Assembly (NCBI GenBank): GCA_951406725.2
Contig: OX597822.1
Span: 15,500,001-15,564,000, forward strand
Origin: Octopus vulgaris
Taxonomy: Eukaryota
Direction: 5' to 3'
Length of the DNA: 64,000 bases
Each line of letters starts with the position of its first letter. Position 1 is the stretch's first letter. This document shows positions 57,240 through 64,000 of the stretch, piece by piece. A model generated the notes under the pieces. That model did not search any database. It worked only from the letters and a program-made list of their open reading frames with translations, and had not been told where the DNA came from. The translations under genes and the position numbers were made by a program.

Positions 57240-57675
57240 TATCATGAACGCCCACAACACATACCGCCATCATTGCCCAAACGACTTCTTCAAAATTAGC
57301 TTCAAAATTCATCCAAGGCTAGGACCACGGGCAATACGTGCTCTACCCAATTCAGGATCACAGCACATAAAGACACTGTAATTTCTTTGCCTCAACAGGC
57401 CCTGTCCTATTTAACATTGTCCCAAAACAGATTAAAGGGGGAAAGGATCCCATCACCTTTAAACAGAATCTGGACAAATTTCTTTAAAGAATACAAGAAA
57501 AGCCATCTATACCTGAAGACAACTCACTCAACAAGAACTCCCTACATGAGTGAACCATGATACCACAAAACTTGGCTTAAAAAGAACTTAAATAATCCTA
57601 TCAGGTGGTGCTATTAAGTTAGACATGACTTTGACCAATCTTTAGTCTAAACGCATCTAAGTTTTATCTAAATTT
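57240..57675 (+). mobile_element. 3' end of a CR1/L2-group LINE
   Basis: KIHPRLGPRA...FASTGPVLFNIVPKQI...FKQNLDKF resembles the LFNxLP...FKxxLDxFL C-terminus; short tctaa-repeat tail. Confidence 0.6.
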
Positions 57676-58405
57676 ATAATATATATATAGGTGTATATGT
57701 GTATAAGTGCGTGCGTGCGTGTGTGTATGCATTTATGCATGATTACTTTATGTATGTATATACAAGAATACAAATTTAGAACGAATTCTAATCTTTACGT
57801 TTAGCGCGGAGTTTACGAACACAAAATTTAGAATATTCAAAATATTCAAATACAATGTTACTCAAGCTACCGTGTGTATATGCTTAGCATATTGCAATAT
57901 CGAATAATGGCTAATATTTCTGTCTTATGTTGTCTTTAAACAAATGATATGTAATTATTAATAGCATGAAACATTGCACCTCTCTCCCCACTCACGCTTT
58001 TTATTGCAAAGAGATGCAAAACTAAAATGAAACGAAGAGGAACGAGAATAGAATTCTAATGAAATATAAAAACTTACTCGCTACGCAAAATCTCATTGGA
58101 CATTCATAAATTCCTCCTGCATTTCGGAATGTGTAATTAATTGGAGAGTATGGCAACCGATATTAGAATATAATTCTCTGCTTCCAGAGAGGCCTCAACA
58201 AAAACCGAGAACTTTGGTCAAATATGCTCCGTTGGATTCACCTTATTACATTGCGAAATTACTGCGAGATTAATACTCAAAGAAGAAAATTATATGTTTG
58301 CATATCTAATGGCGAAGAGGTCTGACATAAAATTCTGGTTATCGTCGAACATTTGACAGTGAAATATTTCATCTACAATTTATGGCATTCTGGAAAACCA
58401 AATTG

Positions 58406-58437
<32 letters not shown>

Positions 58438-58505
58438 GTGTGTGTGTGTGTGTGTATGTGTGTATCTATGTATGTATACATATATATATATATATATATG
58501 TATGT

Positions 58506-58564
<59 letters not shown>

Positions 58565-59485
58565 TATATATATACATACAGATATATATATAAATGTATG
58601 TCTGTGTATGTATGTATTTGAGTATATGTGGAGATCTATATTTATATGGATATACATATACACACTCATACATTGATATATATGCGTGTGCATGTGTGTT
58701 ATATATATGTATATATATATATATATATCGAAGTCATTATTACAATGTGTACATCACGATGACTAATAATATTTAAAGATTAATTGCGACATGGAGAATT
58801 ACCATTTATTCAAAACCAAAGAGTGATATAAAATTTCGAGGAATGAGAAATACTTAAATCGCAGCAAATTCCTGTTCAGGAATATTATTTGCGTCTGGTT
58901 AGAATCTCTCTAGTCTTAGGTATCCATTTAAGTCTTACGCCAATATCCACATTCATTAAACTATAAATAATCCGCAGTTGCCCAGCAAAGTATGATCATA
59001 TGAACATATAATCTGTAATTAGTTTGTTGTTTATTAATGATTTTCGAAACATTACAACACTTGTAGAAAACCCCATAAAAGTGAGCAGGCATGAATCGTC
59101 TTAAGTGTGTATCATCTATTTAAAAGACTTCTTACTTGACTCCAAATCGCTCGGAGATTTACACATACACAAAATTGAAGCATCCAGAATGTGGAGTCGT
59201 TACATGTATGATGCATATTGTTTGATGCCAGGTGTTCTGATACATACATAATGACCTATAGAATAAGCACAGACACTCAAAGTATATGCTGACATAGTCT
59301 AGCATATGTAACCAATGGAAATCGTAAAAGTGTGCGTGCATACACATCACGCACAAACGCATGCACACGTACACATATTTTACACACGTACTTTAGATAA
59401 GAGAGACAGATAGACAGGCAGATAGTTAGATAGATGGACAAGTAGATAGATATATAGACATATATGCATATATATATATATATAG

Positions 59486-59517
<32 letters not shown>

Positions 59518-59534
59518 ATTTATATGCCAACATA

Positions 59535-59942
59535 ACGTGGCAGTCCTATAAAGGACGATGTTACTGCTGTTTAAGCTCAAGGAAAACATCTTTTCCAACT
59601 GGCTATAGGCACACAGTTTATGTCCGTATATAGCATTTGCAAGGGAGGTCATCTCTCCCATATCTAGCCTTACGTGACACTTGCAGACCTAGCTTTCTGG
59701 ATGTTATCCGTCCTCAGTGTGAGTCAGCCACCAGCTAGAGACGAAAGCTATCTCCAATCGCAAATAGTATATATTCTCGAAGCGACACACAGTCGGTGAT
59801 CTCGTAAGGCTAGATATGGGAGAGATGACCTCCCTTGCAAATGCTATATACGGACACAAACTGTGTGCCGATAGCCAGCTGCAATGGGTGTTTTCCTGTG
59901 GTTAAAACAACAGTAACACCGTCCTTTATAGGACTGTCACAT
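59535..59942. mobile_element. Foldback element (family D): ~138-bp inverted arms around a 128-bp spacer
   Basis: Arms 59537-59674 and 59803-59940 are reverse complements; TA lies on both outer flanks. Confidence 0.85.
59682..59721 (-). ncRNA. Minimal hammerhead motif in the spacer of family D
   Basis: Minus strand ca-CTGAGGA-c-ggat-aac-atcc-a-GAAA-gctagg-TC-tg; helix III is one base from the palindrome cctagg; stem I is weak. Confidence 0.55.
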
Positions 59943-60805
59943 TACTATCCAGTACTCTTACTTTATTTCTCTGACTCAGAGATTTAAAATGTGTGTGTGC
60001 ATGCATATTACCTCTGGATATCCTTGTTGCTTATTTTGATTATAATCACCCCATTTTGAATTATATGGATAATACCATATTAAATTCTGGTGCATTTAAT
60101 TTAAGTACCATATTCAACTGAATCTAAATTTACTGAACTTATTTCTATAGATATATACTCAAAAGTGACTTAAGTCGCCCGTAGAAACGTTAACAATTTA
60201 TTTTGAGGTAATTGAAGATATTTTAAAACCAACACTTATCTGAATGCTAGGAGACCAAATATGAAAATTAGTAATTTATTCAGAACATACGAGCGTGATT
60301 GTGTGGTAAAAAGATCGCTTCCCAACCACATGGTTACGAGTTAAGTTCCATTGTATGGCTCTTTGGGCGTTTTGTGCATGTATTTTGTAGGCGAAGAATC
60401 GAGAATATGTCAAAGTGTGTTCGGTTTAAATTCATTTAACGCATATATCAGATATGGCTGACTATTCGCTCTACTTTGTAAATATCTGTGATGTTTGGCT
60501 ATTGATAATCATTTTTCCTTGATGTTATTTTTACCTGATATTGCTCAGTCGATCGCCTAACTTACAAATGCGCACAAAGAAACAAACAAAAAGAACACAG
60601 CTCAATAAACTGACAGTCAGCGATTATTGAAGAGGTTACACGACGCAACAAAAATTTTGGAAGAAATAAGTAAACGAGTAGAAATAGAACCAGTGAGTGT
60701 GTTAAGTAATAAGGCACTAAAAGAGAATGACCCTCCCCAAATAAAATAAAATATGTTCCAACACACGAGTTCACATAAATAATCTTGCAAATCAAATGCA
60801 GAAAA

Positions 60806-60841
<36 letters not shown>

Positions 60842-61082
60842 AGAGTGTTAGGTGTGGTGTACAGAAATTGAATATTGAGAAAAAAATTCGTCAGAATTTT
60901 CGAAAAAATATTTCTATTTATTATTATAGAACTTTCGTTCGCTTCTCGGACTTGTCAAATAGAATTTTGTGAATGTACAAACAGTTTTGTTTACAAGAAG
61001 AGAACTTTTTTTTTCTTGGATGAGGTTTTATGACAATGGAGACAGATAGAAATATAGGTAGGTAGATAGGCTGATAGGTAAG

Positions 61083-61286
61083 ATGTCGAGCTGGCAGAAA
61101 CGTTAGCACGCCGGGCGAAATGCTTAGTGGTATTTCGTCTGCCGAGGTGGACTTTGCCTTTCATCCTTTCGATAAATTAAGTACCAGTTGCGCACTGGAC
61201 CGATGTATTTGATTTAACCACTTTGTCTGTCCTTATTTGTCCTCTTTATGTTTATCGCCTCGTGGGCAATAAAGAAATAAGAAATA
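61083..61286 (+). mobile_element. SINE family 2 with internal deletion
   Basis: cgagctggcagaaacgttagcacgccgggcgaaatgc...aataaagaaataagaaataag; near-direct repeat agatagg(c/t)tgatag on both sides. Confidence 0.8.
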
Positions 61287-61298
61287 AGATAGGTTGAT

Positions 61299-61330
<32 letters not shown>

Positions 61331-61677
61331 GGAGAGAAGGGGGAACCCCTTTCTATTCACGATTTATTTATTTATCTATTTAGTCATTTACGATTGTATT
61401 GGAATGGTTTTAAGGATGGTGACCTTTTCAAACAAAAGTGTGGTGTGGTCATCACTGAAAGTCTTTCAGCTTTCTTTCTCTCTTCCCCTCTTTTTTCTCC
61501 TCTTTCCTTCTTTTTTCCTCTTTCTTTCTCCTTTGAGTTATATTTAGAACGCAAAGGTACTGTCCCCCCTTTTCTTTCAAACATCCAATTCTGGAGAAAT
61601 TTTTTTTAATGAAATGGAGTTTTGCATGAAAAAACATTAGCCCAATATTTATAAATTTAAAATAAATAAAATAAAAT

Positions 61678-61708
<31 letters not shown>

Positions 61709-62202
61709 ATAAACATGAGGAGAAGAGTAGTTAAAAAAACACGCTTCATACACACACACACACACACACACAGACACACAAACACACACAATTTGCCGTT
61801 GCCGTTCCAGCGACAGATTAGAAGAACGTTTGGATATGAATGAAGAAGCATGACTTCTCTCTCTCTTTTATTATTTTAAAATATTGTATACCTTGAATTA
61901 TGAATCGATGTGAATAAATGAATGTAAATATATTTTAAAATTTGCATATTATTTTAAAATAAAATGTGGAGTATACAACTGTAAATCGTAGCATGTACAT
62001 ATTTGATTCGTTTAGTTTGTACATTGTTTTGTACTTGTTTTGTATTAACCACGCTGACCTAGAAATAGACCTCATTTATCTCGCTCGCATTACATTACGT
62101 TGTTACCAAAGAGAAATGCCCTTGCTTTATTTAAAGACAACGGCCATTCAACACGTACGGGGTTAATTTTTTTAACTGCTCTTCTCCCTCTCTCTATATC
62201 TT

Positions 62203-62278
<76 letters not shown>

Positions 62279-62334
62279 CAGTGTATATACACAGTGAGTG
62301 TGTCTGTATATATGTGTCTGTGTGTCTTTCCGTC

Positions 62335-62540
62335 GGTGTTTGTGTCCCACCACCGCCTGAAAGCAGTGTTGGTGTGCTTACATTCCCTGTTCCTTAGCGA
62401 CCCAGGAAAAGAAATCTATAGAATAAGTACTAGGTTGAAAACATATAAGAACCGGAGTAGATCCGTTTGACTAAACTTCTTCAAGACTGTGCACCAGCAT
62501 GGCCACAGTCTAATCACTGAAACGAAAATAAGATATAAGA
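62335..62540 (+). mobile_element. 3' half of SINE family 1
   Basis: tagaataagtactagg...ccagcatggccacagtctaatcactgaaac. Confidence 0.7.
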
Positions 62541-62813
62541 TGACAGATACATTTAAGCAGTGCACCATGGCCCATAGTGCCCTAGATCAGCCCTAAAGTA
62601 TGCACACTTTCACCATAATTCTCCTCTTCCACTAAAACAATGAGAGTCTCCCGCTTCTTTCGGTAGCAGCTTCCAACCGCATTCGGCCAATGGGAAAAAG
62701 CAGGGATTGGAGTTAAATTGCAAACAAGAGAATTACTTCTCGGACAGAAATTACCAGATTTGAAATATTTCACTCTCGATAAATTGCTTGGTCATATGCG
62801 ACACGAGCCACTT

Positions 62814-63030
62814 GTATGTATGTATGTATGTATGTATGTATGTATGTATGTATGTATGTATGTATGTATGTATGTATGTATGTATGTACGTATGTATGTA
62901 TGCATGTATGTATGCATGTATGTATGTATGTATGTATGTATGTATGTATGTATGCATGTATGTATGCATGTATGTATGTATGTATGTATGTATGTATGTA
63001 TGTATGTATGTATGTATGTATGTATGCATG
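62814..63030. repeat. (TATG)n microsatellite
   Basis: Directly visible. Confidence 0.95.
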
Positions 63031-63067
63031 CATGTACGCATGTATTATACATGTATGAATGCATGTG

Positions 63068-63101
<34 letters not shown>

Positions 63102-63149
63102 CACATGCATTCATACATGTATAATACATGTTACCATATATATATATTC

Positions 63150-63495
63150 TCTTTTTTACTCTCTTTTAATTGTTTCAGTCATTCTTTGTAAGCTTAATAC
63201 TTATTCTATCGGTCTCTTTTGCCGAACCGCTAAGTGACGGGGACGTAAACACACCAGCATCAGTTGTCAAGCAATGCTAGGGGGACAAACACAGACACAC
63301 AAACACACACACATATATATATACATATATACGACAGGCTTCTTTCAGTTTCCGTTTACCAAATCCACTCACAAGACATTGGTCGGCGCGGGGCTATAGC
63401 AGAAGACACTTGCCCAAGATGCCACGCAGTGGGACTGAACCCGGAACCATGTGGTTGGTTAGCAAGCTACTTACCACACAGCCACTCCTGCGCCT
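63150..63495 (-). mobile_element. SINE family 1 with a deletion near the tail
   Basis: Very similar to 28875-29286 but lacks the gactgcggcc...gactt segment. Confidence 0.88.
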
Positions 63496-63613
63496 ATATA
63501 TACACATTACATATAGACGTTCATATATAGATAGATAGATGTGTATAGATATATACACGCATACATATTTGTGTTTATATGGATACATACATATATGTAT
63601 ATATATATATATA

Positions 63614-63653
<40 letters not shown>

Positions 63654-64000
63654 CATACATACACTCACACACAAACAAATAACGCGCGTACACACAAGCA
63701 CACAGACACACACTCACGTGAATCTATGATGAATTCGAAGTTCGTTTTAACGCAGGATATTATTAGCTTCAGTCACATAATACCGTATAATTGGCAATAC
63801 GATTAACTTACTGATTGATGTATTTGTATGCGGTTTGTAAGTGGTGTAAGCGTCGGTCATTATATACATGAAAGATGAATTAACTTAATCATTTATCATT
63901 TTGCGTTTTAGAGGTACCCTCTTCAGAAAAGATAGCATATGTTTCTAATTAGGTATTAATCAAATGCTTGTATTACGAATGAGATTTAATTTCAAAATTT

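Overview
AT-rich, microsatellite-dense eukaryotic non-genic (intronic or intergenic) DNA. The SINE families and the abundance of (TA)n/(TAA)n/(CA)n/(TATG)n arrays suggest an octopus (coleoid cephalopod) genome; this is inference. I can support no intact host protein-coding gene, and almost all ORF-track entries are microsatellite or antisense artefacts. Recognisable content: a 5'-truncated, frameshifted RTE-clade LINE nested in a hammerhead-bearing element; a cluster of R4/Dong-like restriction-endonuclease LINEs inserted in (TAA)n tracts; Penelope-like RT and GIY-YIG remnants; two Tc1/mariner remnants; a solo LTR with a 4-bp TSD; a CR1/L2-group 3' end; degenerate C2H2 fingers; and many tRNA-derived SINEs. 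The most interesting signal is a set of minimal type I hammerhead-ribozyme motifs in several short repeat families, often arranged as inverted pairs. One family (three motif copies at two loci) has a core reading GUGANCA instead of CUGANGA, a compensatory G3:C8 swap of the C3-G8 tertiary pair. All structures were read by eye and not computed.
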